From Woeseiaceae bacterium (lineage in GTDB: Bacteria > Pseudomonadota > Gammaproteobacteria > Steroidobacterales > Woeseiaceae), in NCBI GenBank assembly GCA_036525955.1, contig DATCZJ010000013.1, forward strand, positions 2,072-66,071: DNA of 64,000 bases, given 5' to 3'. The translations under genes and the position numbers were made by a program. Shown piece by piece: positions 1 to 10,649 of the stretch. The notes under the pieces are model-generated. The model searched no databases. It saw only the letters and a program-made list of their open reading frames with translations, and had not been told where the DNA came from. How positions within the stretch are numbered: position 1 is the stretch's first letter; each line of letters begins with the position of its first letter.

Positions 1-1284
1 AGCGTTTATGTGGAGGACCTCGGCAGTGGCGACGTCGTTCTGTCGTGGAATGCGGCGGAGCCGAGAAATCCGGCGTCGACGATGAAGTTGCTGACAACGC
101 TGGTTGCGCTGGACCACCTGGGCCCCGCGTACCGCTGGAAGACCGAAGTGTATGCGCGGGGCGAAATCCGCGACGGCACACTCGATGGGGATTTGCTGAT
201 CAAGGGTTACGGCGACCCGTTCCTCGTGACAGAGCGCGTCTGGCAACTCGTGCGCGACGTCCGGCTCGCCGGGATCGATACGATCGCCGGCGATCTGCTG
301 ATCGACGACAGCTGGTTCGATGTCGGCGACTACGACCCGGGCGCGTTCGACCGGCAGCCGCAGCGTGCCTACAACGTGGCGCCGAACGCGCTGCTCATGA
401 ACTTCAAGGTGGTCCGTTACTGGTTTGAGCCCGATGGCCAGCAGGTGACGGTGCGGCTCGAGCCGCCACTGGACAACCTGCGCATCGATAACCGGCTTGG
501 CGTGCGGAACGGTCATTGTGGCGGCTACCAGCGAGGCATCAGCGTGACGACGAACGAAACGGCCGATCGCGTGACGTTTTCAGGGAAATTCCCGAACGGC
601 TGCAGCCGCTATGCGATGGATCGCAGCGTCCTGTCGCACAATGCATTTGCGTTCGGATTGTTCTCGTCACTGTGGCGTGAATCCGGCGGCCGCCTCGATG
701 GCAGCTGGGCCAACGTTGTTGCAGGGGACGGCGAGGTGCCGTTCCTCACTTTCGAGTCTCCCTCGCTCGCAGAGGTCATAGCCCGCATCAACAAGCACAG
801 CAATAACGTCATGGCGCGCCAGCTGCTCTACACGCTGTCGGCCGAGGTTCTCGGTCCGCCGGGCACGGAGGAGGGCGGCAAACGCGTGATAGCCGAATGG
901 CTTGCGAGCAACAAGCTCGAACCCGCCAAGGTCGCGGTGCAGAACGGCGCGGGACTGTCGCGGGAAGCGCGCATCACTGCGGAGGACCTGGGCGTGCTGT
1001 TGCGCTTCGCGTGGCGCCAGCCGTACATGCCGGAATACCTGGCGTCGATGTCGCTGAGCGGACTGGACGGAACGCTGAACCGGCGCTTTCGCGGCAGCGA
1101 GCTCGCCGGCAAGGCACATCTCAAGACCGGCACGCTCGACCATGTGACGGCGATCGCCGGTTACCTGCAATCACGGTCGGGGCGGCGATTCTCGCTCGTG
1201 ATGCTGCACAACTTCGACAACATTCACCGCGGTCCCGGTGAGGAGGCTCAGGAAGCGCTGCTGCGCTGGCTGTACGAGCAATGA
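1..1284 (+). CDS. dacB: D-alanyl-D-alanine carboxypeptidase/endopeptidase (PBP4, peptidase S13); 5' end cut by window edge
   Basis: The frame is open from base 1 (SVYVEDLGSGD...). It carries the active-site SxxK as PASTMKLLT and has PBP4-like length and C-terminus. Track ORF 10..1284 only marks the first in-frame GTG. Confidence 0.85.
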   Translation, partial: SVYVEDLGSGDVVLSWNAAEPRNPASTMKLLTTLVALDHLGPAYRWKTEVYARGEIRDGTLDGDLLIKGYGDPFLVTERVWQLVRDVRLAGIDTIAGDLLIDDSWFDVGDYDPGAFDRQPQRAYNVAPNALLMNFKVVRYWFEPDGQQVTVRLEPPLDNLRIDNRLGVRNGHCGGYQRGISVTTNETADRVTFSGKFPNGCSRYAMDRSVLSHNAFAFGLFSSLWRESGGRLDGSWANVVAGDGEVPFLTFESPSLAEVIARINKHSNNVMARQLLYTLSAEVLGPPGTEEGGKRVIAEWLASNKLEPAKVAVQNGAGLSREARITAEDLGVLLRFAWRQPYMPEYLASMSLSGLDGTLNRRFRGSELAGKAHLKTGTLDHVTAIAGYLQSRSGRRFSLVMLHNFDNIHRGPGEEAQEALLRWLYEQ

Positions 1285-1328
1285 GCCGGGCTTGGTGTAC
1301 ACTCGCGGCGGACAGGAGGAGTTCGAAC

Positions 1329-1916
1329 ATGCGCTTGATGATTGCGACGTTGATGTTGCTGCCGATCCTGGCGGCCGCTGACACCGCCTATGTTACGGAT
1401 AATCTGAGGCTGGGCCTGCACCGTGCGGAGGATACGAGCGACCGGCCGTTTCGGATGCTGGATAGCGGCCAGGCCTTCGAAATCCTGACGCGTGATCGGC
1501 TGTACGCGAATGTGCGGTTGCCCGACGGCACCGAGGGGTGGGTAAAGACGGCCTACCTGGTTGACGAAAAACCGGCGAAACTCATCGTTGCGGAGACGGC
1601 GGCGGAGCGTGACGCGCTCGCCGCTGAACTCGAAGCGCTCAAGGCTGCTTTTGCAGGACCCGCCGAGACCATCCAGCGGCTGGAGGAACAGACTGCATCG
1701 CTGTCGGCGGACCTCGAAACTGCGCGCGCCCGAATCGGGGAACTCGAGGCGGCCGGCGCCGACGTCAGCGCGCTCAAAAGGCAATACCGTGGCAGCGTGC
1801 CGATCACCTGGGTCGGTGGCGTGCTCGCGACGGCACTGATCGCGGGATTCCTGCTGGGACTCTGGTGGGTCGATCGTCAGAGCCGCAAGCGGCACGGCGG
1901 AATTCGCGTCTACTGA
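1329..1916 (+). CDS. ygiM: SH3 domain protein with coiled coil and C-terminal TM anchor (YgiM/TIGR04211-like)
   Basis: ATG at 1329 is preceded by AGGAGGA. The product has a signal peptide MRLMIATLMLLPILAAA, an SH3-like YVTDNLRLGLH...GWVKTAYL segment, a coiled coil and a C-terminal TM plus basic tail. The layout is colinear with E. coli YgiM. Confidence 0.8.
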   Translation: MRLMIATLMLLPILAAADTAYVTDNLRLGLHRAEDTSDRPFRMLDSGQAFEILTRDRLYANVRLPDGTEGWVKTAYLVDEKPAKLIVAETAAERDALAAELEALKAAFAGPAETIQRLEEQTASLSADLETARARIGELEAAGADVSALKRQYRGSVPITWVGGVLATALIAGFLLGLWWVDRQSRKRHGGIRVY

Positions 1917-2926
1917 GCGGAGGTCGTTGCCACGCGCTCGCCGCAGCCTCGCCAGAGGGGCGGTTCGACGCCAGCGAGCAGTGTATCGATTTCCGCCTGT
2001 GACGCAGCGCGCCGCACGCCCTCTATCTGCTGCGCGCTCAGGTGCGGGGCGAACAGCCGCATGAACTCCACCATGTAACGCCTGAGCACCGCGTCCTTGC
2101 GAAACCCGATCCAGGTCATGCTTTGCGGGAACAGTCCGTCCGCTCCGATGACCTGCAGGTCGTCCCTGTCACTGCAATCCGCGGCCATGCTGGCGACGAT
2201 GCCGACACCGAGCCCCATGCGGACGTAGGTCTTGATGACATCCGCATCGCGCGCGGTAAACACGACGTCAGGTTCGAGTCCCTCGTCAGCGAACGCGCGC
2301 TTCAGCGACGATTCGCCACTGAAGCTGAATACGTAGCTGACGAGCGGGAACCTCGCAAGATCGTGCAGCGTGATCGGGCGCTCAAGCCTCGCAAGTTCGT
2401 GGTCTTTCGGAACGATGATCGCGCGGTTCCAGCGGTAGCTCGGCACGAGCAGCAGTCGCGAAAAGAGGTTGGCCGAGCCGGTCGCGATGGCAAAGTCCAC
2501 GCGGTCGTTGTCCACCATGTCCGCGATCTGTTCCGACGTCCCCTGGTGCAGGTTGAGCCCGATTTTCGGGAAGCGTTCCCTGAATTCCCCGATGACATCC
2601 GGTAAAACATAGCGCGCCTGGGTGTGCGTCGTCGCGATCGACAATGACCCTTCCTCCTCCTCGAAGGTTTCGGCCGCCAGTGTCCGGATGTTTTCGACCT
2701 CGCGCAGGATGACCCGCGCGCGTTCGACGATCCGCTCGCCGCCAGGCGTAATGGCCTCCAGGCTCTTGCCCTTGCGCGTGAACAACTGGATGCCGAGTTC
2801 TTCCTCGAGCAGCTTCAACTGCTTGCTGACGCCGGGTTGAGACGTGTACAGCTTGTCGGCAGCGGCCGTAATATTCAGGCCGTTGTCGACGATGGCGAGC
2901 AGGTACTTGAGTTGCTGGAGTTTCAT
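1910..2926 (-). CDS. cysB: LysR-family transcriptional regulator CysB
   Basis: A 338-aa product starts at the ATG at 2926. MKLQQLKYL...LYTSQPGVSKQLKLLEEELGIQLF and ATTHTQARY closely parallel E. coli CysB. The longer track ORF to 3562 is an unsupported extension antisense to cysK. Confidence 0.9.
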   Translation of the reverse strand: MKLQQLKYLLAIVDNGLNITAAADKLYTSQPGVSKQLKLLEEELGIQLFTRKGKSLEAITPGGERIVERARVILREVENIRTLAAETFEEEEGSLSIATTHTQARYVLPDVIGEFRERFPKIGLNLHQGTSEQIADMVDNDRVDFAIATGSANLFSRLLLVPSYRWNRAIIVPKDHELARLERPITLHDLARFPLVSYVFSFSGESSLKRAFADEGLEPDVVFTARDADVIKTYVRMGLGVGIVASMAADCSDRDDLQVIGADGLFPQSMTWIGFRKDAVLRRYMVEFMRLFAPHLSAQQIEGVRRAASQAEIDTLLAGVEPPLWRGCGERVATTSAQ

Positions 2927-3109
2927 GTGCCTTCGGCGTGCGCTTATCCGGCTGTGACCACGAATCGTCCGCCGGGTTTCAGCCGCCGGACTCGCCCTGT
3001 ATAACAGATTCTTATAACCATGAGCTATATGGTCAGTGCGGGTACAGGCGCGCGCCATGCGGGCGTCTGTGCTAAATAGGAGCCAAATCAGCGTGAAGGG
3101 ACGACGGGC

Positions 3110-4063
3110 ATGATCTACAACAATATCCTCGAAACCATCGGCAATACGCCCGTGGTACGCCTCAACCGGATGGCGCCCCCGCACGTCGAAATGTACGTCA
3201 AGGTGGAGTCCTTCAACCCGATGGCATCGGTCAAGGACCGGCTTGCCTACGCGATCATCAGCGATGCCGAGCGCAAGGGCACGCTGAAGCCGGGACAGAC
3301 CGTCATCGAAGCCACGTCGGGCAATACCGGGATCGCGCTGGCGATGGTCTGTGCGGCCAAGGGGCACCCGTTCGTTGCGACCATGGCCGACTCGTTTTCG
3401 ATGGAGCGACGCAAGATCATGCGCGGCCTCGGCGCCAAGGTGATCCTGACGCCGGCAGCAGAGCGGGGTTCCGGTATGGTGCGGCGAGCCGAGGAACTCG
3501 CGCGCGAATACGGCTGGTTCCTGGCGCGGCAGTTCGAAAATCCGGCCAATCCGGAATTTCATCGCCAGACGACGGGGCCCGAGATTCTCAAGGACTTTGC
3601 CGGTCGCCGCCTCGATTACTGGGTGACGGGGTATGGCACCGGCGGCACGATGACCGGTGCGGGTGAGATCATCAAGGCGGCCCGGCCCGAGGTCACCATC
3701 GTCGCCACCGAACCTGCGGGGGCGTCACTGCTCGCCGGCAAGGAATGGAACCCGCACAAGATCCAGGGATGGACGCCCGATTTCATTCCCGACGTCCTGA
3801 ATCGCGAGGTTTTCGACGAGCTCGTGCCGGTCGCCGACGATCGTGCGATCGAGGTCTCGCGGCAACTTGCTGCCAGGGAGGGCATTTTCGCGGGGATTTC
3901 TTCGGGCGCAACCCTCGCGGCCGCGCTCGACGTCGCGGGTCGGGCGAAGGAAGGTTCCGTGATCCTCGCCATGTTGCCGGATACCGGTGAGCGCTATCTC
4001 AGCACGCCACTGTTCGAAGGCGTCAACGAAGGTTCCGACGAGGACTGGCTGGCCGGACTGTGA
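3110..4063 (+). CDS. cysK: cysteine synthase (O-acetylserine sulfhydrylase, CysK/CysM family)
   Basis: It shows the PLP-enzyme motifs IGNTPVVRL, SVKDR (PLP lysine) and TSGNTGIALA. The gene is divergent from cysB. Confidence 0.85.
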   Translation: MIYNNILETIGNTPVVRLNRMAPPHVEMYVKVESFNPMASVKDRLAYAIISDAERKGTLKPGQTVIEATSGNTGIALAMVCAAKGHPFVATMADSFSMERRKIMRGLGAKVILTPAAERGSGMVRRAEELAREYGWFLARQFENPANPEFHRQTTGPEILKDFAGRRLDYWVTGYGTGGTMTGAGEIIKAARPEVTIVATEPAGASLLAGKEWNPHKIQGWTPDFIPDVLNREVFDELVPVADDRAIEVSRQLAAREGIFAGISSGATLAAALDVAGRAKEGSVILAMLPDTGERYLSTPLFEGVNEGSDEDWLAGL

Positions 4064-4184
4064 CACGAGCCCGGCAATTTATGTGACCGATTGCTCAAAA
4101 AGGCCCTGAACTCCTGCCGGTCCGGGGAATGCCCGGGTACCTGAGACGCCAGTCACAGCGGGGCAAGCGCTTTGCTGTCAAGGT

Positions 4185-6437
4185 ATGCCACTGCGTCGAG
4201 CCCGGACGGGCGGAGTCCCTGTGGCAGCGGAAATTCATCACCTCAAAACCAGTGACAGCATCGGCAAGGCGGCGGCTCTGCTGCACTCGCTCGTGCCGAG
4301 GGCGCAATGCTTCTGTGTCTACGATCGCTCGCGCAATTGCATCTGGAGCAGTGACGGCGTCGAGGACTATGAGATCGACGCATTCGCTGCAGATCTGCCG
4401 GAGGAGGTCGTGCTGGCGTTGCGGCAGCAATCCGAACCGCTGAAACGATCGCTGCCCTCGGGACGAACCATCCTGGCATTACCGGTGCCCGGCCCCGGCA
4501 CGGAGCCGCTCGGTCTGCTCGTGGCGCTGTTTTCGAAGAACGCGGGCAAGTCTGCGTCCTTCAACCCGGGCCTGATCAGAAAGATTCTCGAACCTGCGGT
4601 AGACGTGATCGCCGACGGGTACGAGCTCACGAGCCGCGTTTCCGATGCCGAGCAGCGTTCCGCGCTGGTCGAGAAGGAACTCGAGCTCGTCTATCGGATT
4701 GACGAGAGAGTTCACGCAACGAACGCGCGCCACTCGGCACTCGCTCAGCTGGTCGGCCAGAGTGGGCGCTACTTCGGCGTCAACTACAGCGTGCTGCTGA
4801 TTCCGTCGAAGCGTATCCGGATCAGTGCGACCCACTCGACCTGGAAGGAAGTCAACCGCAAGTCGGTTGACCGTTACCTGATCGAGCAACTGCTGCCGAA
4901 GCTCGACGGCCAGGCGAGCCCGACCGTGTTCAATGTCCCGCCGCTCGGTGGCGACGAGGGACTGGCAGCGAATGGTTTCGAGTTGCTTGCGTGTGGTTTG
5001 CACGACAATCATGGCAACGTCGAGGGCGTACTCGCGCAGCTCGGGAGAATCAACGGTACAACGTTTTCGAAGAGCGACCGGCGTTTCCTGGCACACGTGG
5101 TTCGCAAGGTCGAATACGTCATCGAGCAGTCTTACGACGCGATGACAGGCTTCATGAATCGGGCGAGCTTCGAAGCGCAGCTTCGCGAGTCCTGGAAGAC
5201 GCTCAGGTCCGACGAGGAGAGCCACCAGGTCATTTACTTCGACCTCGACAATCTGCAACTCGTCAACGACAACTTCGGCCACGTGGCGGGCGACGACGTC
5301 ATCCTTCGGTTTGCGCGAATCCTCGAGGAAGGACTGCCGAAGAATGGCGTCCTGTCACGCCTGACGGGTGATGACTTCTGCCTGTTGCTCACCAATGCCA
5401 ATACCGATGCGGCGCTCGAGTATGCGGCCCATGTGCGCGATCGCTGCAGCGAATTACGTTACCTCGAGGGCATGCGCTCGCTGCAGGTCACGATCAGTAC
5501 GGGCATCGCCAGGTTCACGCGCGCCAGCGGAGACCATGGCGCCGTTCTGACTGCCGCCCGCATGGCCTGCGAAACCGCGAAGGCGCACGGACGCGATCGC
5601 GTGGAGGTCTACGACGATCAGAATCAGAGCGTCATTCGGCGATACGACGATATGCAGCTGGTTTCGAGTATCCAGCAGGCGCTGGATGGCGGGGGCTTCG
5701 AATTGCTGGTGCAGCCCATCGGCCCGCTGCAGTCCAGCACTTCGAATCCTCGCTTCGAGATACTCTTGCGCATGACAGACACCGATGGCGAAAAAGTGCC
5801 GACCAAGGCACTTTTCTCGGCGGCCGAGCGCTACCGGATGATGCCGCAGGTCGACCGCTGGGTCGTGTCGCACACCCTGGCGAAACTTTCCGAAGCCAGG
5901 GCCCATGTCGAAGGTCAGTCGGCGATTTTCTCGATCAACCTGTCGGGACAGTCCCTCGGCGATGACGACATTTTCGATTTCATCAAGGAAGAAATCCGCC
6001 TTAGCGGGCTCCCGGCGACGTCGCTGTGTTTTGAAATCACCGAATCCGCTGCCGTCTCGAACCTGGGCAAGGCCGCCAGTTTTATCGCGAAATTGCGCGA
6101 ACTTGGCTGTTCGATTTCCCTGGATGACTTCGGTGCGGGCCTCAGCTCGTTTGCCTACCTCAAGAACTTCGAAGTCGACACGCTGAAGATAGACGGCGGT
6201 TTCATACGCGATATCACCGAGAACCGCATTTCGAAATCCATGGTCGCGGCCATCGTGCAGGTTGCCAAAGTCATGGGACTCGAAACGGTCGCCGAATACG
6301 TCGAAACCGACAAGACGAGCAAGATGTTAGCGGGCATGGGCGTTAACTACGCCCAGGGCCACGCCATCGGCAGGCCCGTTGCCATCGATGTGGTTGTGGA
6401 CGGGCTCTCGGACATGCTGCAATCCTCGACGGTCTGA
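4185..6437 (+). CDS. signalling protein with N-terminal sensor region, non-canonical GGDEF domain and intact EAL domain (likely c-di-GMP phosphodiesterase)
   Basis: The GGDEF-domain core is FDLDNLQLVNDNFGHVAGD, but the signature reads RLTGDDF. EAL-domain motifs are present: EILLR, FSINLS, FEITES, DDFGAGLSSFAYL, KIDGGF and AEYVET. The start codon is uncertain. Confidence 0.85.
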   Translation: MPLRRARTGGVPVAAEIHHLKTSDSIGKAAALLHSLVPRAQCFCVYDRSRNCIWSSDGVEDYEIDAFAADLPEEVVLALRQQSEPLKRSLPSGRTILALPVPGPGTEPLGLLVALFSKNAGKSASFNPGLIRKILEPAVDVIADGYELTSRVSDAEQRSALVEKELELVYRIDERVHATNARHSALAQLVGQSGRYFGVNYSVLLIPSKRIRISATHSTWKEVNRKSVDRYLIEQLLPKLDGQASPTVFNVPPLGGDEGLAANGFELLACGLHDNHGNVEGVLAQLGRINGTTFSKSDRRFLAHVVRKVEYVIEQSYDAMTGFMNRASFEAQLRESWKTLRSDEESHQVIYFDLDNLQLVNDNFGHVAGDDVILRFARILEEGLPKNGVLSRLTGDDFCLLLTNANTDAALEYAAHVRDRCSELRYLEGMRSLQVTISTGIARFTRASGDHGAVLTAARMACETAKAHGRDRVEVYDDQNQSVIRRYDDMQLVSSIQQALDGGGFELLVQPIGPLQSSTSNPRFEILLRMTDTDGEKVPTKALFSAAERYRMMPQVDRWVVSHTLAKLSEARAHVEGQSAIFSINLSGQSLGDDDIFDFIKEEIRLSGLPATSLCFEITESAAVSNLGKAASFIAKLRELGCSISLDDFGAGLSSFAYLKNFEVDTLKIDGGFIRDITENRISKSMVAAIVQVAKVMGLETVAEYVETDKTSKMLAGMGVNYAQGHAIGRPVAIDVVVDGLSDMLQSSTV

Positions 6438-6501
6438 CCAGACGTCGTCCGGGATTCGATTTCTCCCGGAGTAGTCGCAGTTTTTAGATAGACTGCGCAG
6501 C

Positions 6502-9384
6502 ATGAGTCTCGACCCGCGCACCGTCGTCGCTGCCCAAAGTCTCCCGGAGGTCCTGCGGGCGCCCGCCATTCGCTGGTTCGAGCGACTGGCCGAGCGTTAT
6601 CCCGGCGTCGGGCTGCCTGATGAGCTCGTGCCGACGCTCGTGCGTGTCGTGGCCTGCAGCGAGTTTGCCGGCAATGTCCTGTTACGCGACCTCGACGCAC
6701 TCCTCGAGCGCGGTGACCTGTTCACGGAACCGCCGGACGCCGGTGCCCTCGTGGAGTTCGCCGACGAGATCGCGGCGAGCGACCTGCCCGCAGATGCGGT
6801 CAAACATGCGCTGCGGCGGTTTCGCAATCGCTACCTCCTGCAGGTCATCTGGCGAGAGGTCACGGCTCAGGCCACGCTCGACGAAACGCTCGCATCGCTT
6901 TCGAATCTTGCCGATCACATGCTCGATGCCGTGGCACGCTATGCGTCCAGGCTGCTCGCGCCCCGCTATGGCAGCGTCCGGGGCGATGACGGCGACATCG
7001 TGCCGCTCGTGATACTTGGCATGGGCAAGCTGGGCGGTGGCGAACTCAATTTCTCATCGGACATCGATCTCGTCTTCCTGTACGCGGCCGATGGCGAGAC
7101 GGACGGCGACCGCCAGATCAGTGCGCCGGATTATTTCGGCCGCCTGTCGCGGCAGATCATCGCGCTGCTCGACGAAACGACGGCCGACGGTTTCGTATTC
7201 CGCACCGACACCAGGCTCCGGCCGTTTGGTGACAGCGGACCGCCGGTGCTGAGTTTTGCTGCGCTGGAGTCGTACCTGCTGCAGCATGGCCGTGACTGGG
7301 AACGCTATGCCTACGTCAAGGCACGCATCGTCGGCCCGCAGCCCACGCCGGAGATCGCTGCGGATCTGTACCGCAACCTCGTGCAGCCGTTCGTGTATCG
7401 CCGCTATATCGATTACGGCGTGTTCGAGTCGCTGCGGGAAATGCACGCGATGATCGAGGCGGAAGTACAGCGCCGGGAATTGCGCGACAACGTGAAACTC
7501 GGACCGGGCGGCATACGTGAAGTCGAATTCGTCGTGCAATCGCTGCAGCTCGTGCGCGGTGGCAGCGAGCCGGATCTGCAGGAACGCTCGCTTCAGGCGG
7601 TTCTCCCCAGGCTGGTCAACGCGCGTGGCCTGACCGCGGACGGCGCCGGAGGCTTGCGAAAAGCGTACCGTTTTCTGCGCCGCACCGAGAATTTTATCCA
7701 GGCGATGCGTGATCAGCAGACGCACGAACTGCCGCGAGATCCCGTCGATCGCGCCCGGCTCGGTTTTGCCATGGGTTATCCGGACTGGGACGCGTTTTCC
7801 GCGGAACTCGAGCATCATCGCGCAATCGTCGCGGAACAGTTCGAGCACGTGGCTTTTCGCGAACGCGGTGCCGAAGGACCCACGCAGCGACAGATCGGCC
7901 GGGCATGGGAGGCGAGCGTCGACGGCGAGCACTGGGCCGCATTGCTCGGGGACGACGGCTTCGACAGGGCAGACGAGATGGCGGGCATCCTCGCGAGATT
8001 CTCGAATACTGCGGCCACGGCGCGGATCGACAGCGCGGCACAGGAGCGCCTGCAACGCTTCATCCCGGAGCTGCTCGTGCAGCTGAAGCTGACGTCGCGG
8101 CCGGTCGCGGCGCTGTCGCGCACGCTCGGCATCGTCGAACGGATTCTCCGGCGCAGCGCCTATATCGCGCTATTGAATGAGAACCCTGGCGCGCTCGCGC
8201 GGCTGGTCGATCTCTGCGCGCGCAGCCAGTACATTGCGGACCAGATTGCGCGCTACCCGGTGCTGCTCGACGAGTTGCTGGACCCGACCACATTCACGAG
8301 CGCGGTGACCAAGTCGGATATCGCGGCGCAGCTCGCCGAGCGCCTGCAGGGCCACCAGGGCGAGGACAGCGAGGCGCTGATGCAACGCATCGGGCAGTTC
8401 CAGCGCGCCACGATGTTCCGTATCGCGGTTGCCGACTTCAACGGCAGCCTGCCGATCATGAAAGTCAGCGACGGGCTCACATGGCTCGCGGAGGCCGTGC
8501 TGGAAGAGACGCTGCAGGTCGCATGGCACGATGTATCCGCGCGCCATGGCATTCCGACGTGTTGCATCGACGGCGAGCAGCGCCAGGTTGGTTTCGGCAT
8601 CGTGGCCTACGGCAAGCTCGGTGGGCTCGAACTGTCCTACGGCTCGGATCTCGACGTCGTGTTCCTGCATGATTCTTGCGGCAGTGACCGGGTTACGGAT
8701 GGTGAGAAGCCGATCGACAACGCGCTGTTCTTCAGTCGCCTCGTGCGCAGGCTGGTCCATTGCCTGACGACCCAGACGGGCTCGGGCGAGATTTACGAAA
8801 TCGATACGCGCCTCCGCCCGGATGGCCGCTCCGGGCTCCTGGTCAGCAGCACCGAAGCCTTCGAGCGTTACCAGGTCGAGAACGCCTGGACCTGGGAGCA
8901 CCAGGCGCTGCTGCGAGCGCGCGCCGTTGCGGGCAGCCCGGTGGTCGGGAGTGAATTCGAGCGGATTCGCCGCGAGACGCTGCTCGGCAGGGTAAGGCGC
9001 GAGTCGCTGCGCGACGACGTGATGTCGATGCGCCAGCGCATGCGGGACAAGCTCGACAAGACGGATGAAGTGTCGTTCGACCTGAAATACGGTCGTGGCG
9101 GCATCGGCGACGTCGAATTCCTGGTCCAGTACCTCGTGCTGGACCGGGCCGCGGATCACCCGGAAGTCATCGATTACTCGGATAACATCCGGCAGATCGA
9201 TGCGCTCGTGGCCTGCAGCTGTCTCGATGAGGCGACCGGGCATGCGTTGCAGGACGCCTATCGCGCCTACCGCCTGCGTCAGCATCACCTCGCGCTCGAC
9301 GATCGCCCGCCGCTCGTCGACAACGCCGAATTCGCGGACGAACGAGCCTTCGTCGGCGCCACCTGGGATCGCTGGCTCGGCTGA
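6502..9384 (+). CDS. glnE: bifunctional glutamine synthetase adenylyltransferase/adenylyl-removing enzyme
   Basis: The 960-aa product has two nucleotidyltransferase modules (GKLGGGELNFSSDIDLVF and GKLGGLELSYGSDLDVVF), which is typical of GlnE. Confidence 0.95.
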   Translation: MSLDPRTVVAAQSLPEVLRAPAIRWFERLAERYPGVGLPDELVPTLVRVVACSEFAGNVLLRDLDALLERGDLFTEPPDAGALVEFADEIAASDLPADAVKHALRRFRNRYLLQVIWREVTAQATLDETLASLSNLADHMLDAVARYASRLLAPRYGSVRGDDGDIVPLVILGMGKLGGGELNFSSDIDLVFLYAADGETDGDRQISAPDYFGRLSRQIIALLDETTADGFVFRTDTRLRPFGDSGPPVLSFAALESYLLQHGRDWERYAYVKARIVGPQPTPEIAADLYRNLVQPFVYRRYIDYGVFESLREMHAMIEAEVQRRELRDNVKLGPGGIREVEFVVQSLQLVRGGSEPDLQERSLQAVLPRLVNARGLTADGAGGLRKAYRFLRRTENFIQAMRDQQTHELPRDPVDRARLGFAMGYPDWDAFSAELEHHRAIVAEQFEHVAFRERGAEGPTQRQIGRAWEASVDGEHWAALLGDDGFDRADEMAGILARFSNTAATARIDSAAQERLQRFIPELLVQLKLTSRPVAALSRTLGIVERILRRSAYIALLNENPGALARLVDLCARSQYIADQIARYPVLLDELLDPTTFTSAVTKSDIAAQLAERLQGHQGEDSEALMQRIGQFQRATMFRIAVADFNGSLPIMKVSDGLTWLAEAVLEETLQVAWHDVSARHGIPTCCIDGEQRQVGFGIVAYGKLGGLELSYGSDLDVVFLHDSCGSDRVTDGEKPIDNALFFSRLVRRLVHCLTTQTGSGEIYEIDTRLRPDGRSGLLVSSTEAFERYQVENAWTWEHQALLRARAVAGSPVVGSEFERIRRETLLGRVRRESLRDDVMSMRQRMRDKLDKTDEVSFDLKYGRGGIGDVEFLVQYLVLDRAADHPEVIDYSDNIRQIDALVACSCLDEATGHALQDAYRAYRLRQHHLALDDRPPLVDNAEFADERAFVGATWDRWLG

Positions 9385-9451
9385 ACATGGCCGCAGCGCC
9401 GAGCAGGGCTTATAATCCGCCACCAGCCCGCAAACGAATACGAGGAATTCC

Positions 9452-9688
9452 GTGGCAGCCAAAGCAGGAAGCGTCGAACAGAACCTGATCACCGCGAACG
9501 CGCAGAACCGTTACGGCGTGCGCGCATCGGATCTGCCCCTGTCGTGCCCGATGCCGGGCATGTACCTCTGGAATTCGCACCCCAAGGTCTATCTGCCGAT
9601 CGAGGCGACGGGCGAAGCCGGTTGCCCTTATTGCGGTGCGAAGTACTACATGATCGAGGGCGAGGAGTCGGCGGCGGGCGGGGCCTGA
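9452..9688 (+). CDS. small zinc-finger (zinc-ribbon) domain protein
   Basis: 78 aa with a GTG start. The C-terminal half has CP...CPYCGAKY cysteine pairs, as in zf-CHCC type small proteins. Confidence 0.7.
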   Translation: MAAKAGSVEQNLITANAQNRYGVRASDLPLSCPMPGMYLWNSHPKVYLPIEATGEAGCPYCGAKYYMIEGEESAAGGA

Positions 9689-9692
9689 GCGC

Positions 9693-10649
9693 ATGATCAT
9701 CGTCACCGGCGGCGCCGGCTTCATCGGCAGCAATCTCGTTCGCGTGCTCGCGGCCCGTGGCTACGAGGATATCGTGGTCGTCGACGATCTCGAGGATGGT
9801 CACAAGTTCGTCAATATCGCAGACCTGCCGATTGCCGACTATCTCGACAAGGACGACTTCCTGCTGCGGCTGGCGAACGACAAGTCGTTCGGGTCCGCGA
9901 TCCGCGCGATGTTTCACCAGGGCGCCTGCTCGGAGACGACCGAGTGGAACGGGCGCTACATGATGAAGAACAACTACAGCTATTCACAGGACCTGCTGCA
10001 CCACTGTCTCGAGCACGAGACGCCCTTCATCTATGCGTCGTCGGCCGCCGTTTATGGCGGTTCCGAGACGTTTACCGAAGAGCCGCGTTGCGAGCACCCA
10101 TTGAACGTCTACGGCTATTCCAAGTTGCAGTTCGACCGGTATGTGCGACGGATTGCCGCCCGTCCTTCGAGCCAGGTCGTGGGGCTCAGGTATTTCAACG
10201 TCTATGGCCCTCGCGAGCAGCACAAGGGCTCGATGGCCAGCGTCGCCTATCACTTCAACAACCAGGTGCTTGCGGACGGGGAGGCCCGCCTGTTTGCCGG
10301 CAGTGGCGGCTACGGGGACGGCGAGCAGCGGCGGGATTTTGTCTACGTCGACGATGTCTGCGCGGTGACCCTCTGGTTCCTGGAGCATCCAGGGGTCTCG
10401 GGCATCTTCAACACCGGGTCGGGGCGCGCGCAGACGTTCAACGACGTCGCGCGTGCCGTCATCAAGTGGCACGGGCGCGGCGAGATCCGCTATATCCCGT
10501 TCCCGCAGCATCTGCAAGGCGCCTACCAGAGCTTCACCGAGGCCGACCTGGCACGACTGCGCGCCGCGGGCTGTGACGTCGAATTCCGTCCCGTGGAGGA
10601 AGGGGTCAGGGATTACCTGGAGCAGATCTGTCAGGGCCCGCAACACTGA
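9693..10649 (+). CDS. hldD: ADP-L-glycero-D-manno-heptose 6-epimerase
   Basis: It has the [14 protein letters not shown] Rossmann motif and near-colinear similarity to E. coli HldD/RfaD ([31 protein letters not shown]). Confidence 0.95.
   Translation: MIIVTGGAGFIGSNLVRVLAARGYEDIVVVDDLEDGHKFVNIADLPIADYLDKDDFLLRLANDKSFGSAIRAMFHQGACSETTEWNGRYMMKNNYSYSQDLLHHCLEHETPFIYASSAAVYGGSETFTEEPRCEHPLNVYGYSKLQFDRYVRRIAARPSSQVVGLRYFNVYGPREQHKGSMASVAYHFNNQVLADGEARLFAGSGGYGDGEQRRDFVYVDDVCAVTLWFLEHPGVSGIFNTGSGRAQTFNDVARAVIKWHGRGEIRYIPFPQHLQGAYQSFTEADLARLRAAGCDVEFRPVEEGVRDYLEQICQGPQH

Noticed and set aside
3012-3029. TTATAACCATGAGCTATA partial dyad in the cysB/cysK divergent region, as a possible LysR T-N11-A box.
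   Set aside because: It is plausible, but CysB sites are poorly defined and the dyad is short and AT-only. There is not enough evidence to call it a feature.
2927-3562. N-terminal extension of the cysB ORF (the track gives 550 aa).
   Set aside because: CysB homology begins exactly at the internal MKLQQLKYL (ATG 2926). The extension runs antisense through cysK and has no motif.
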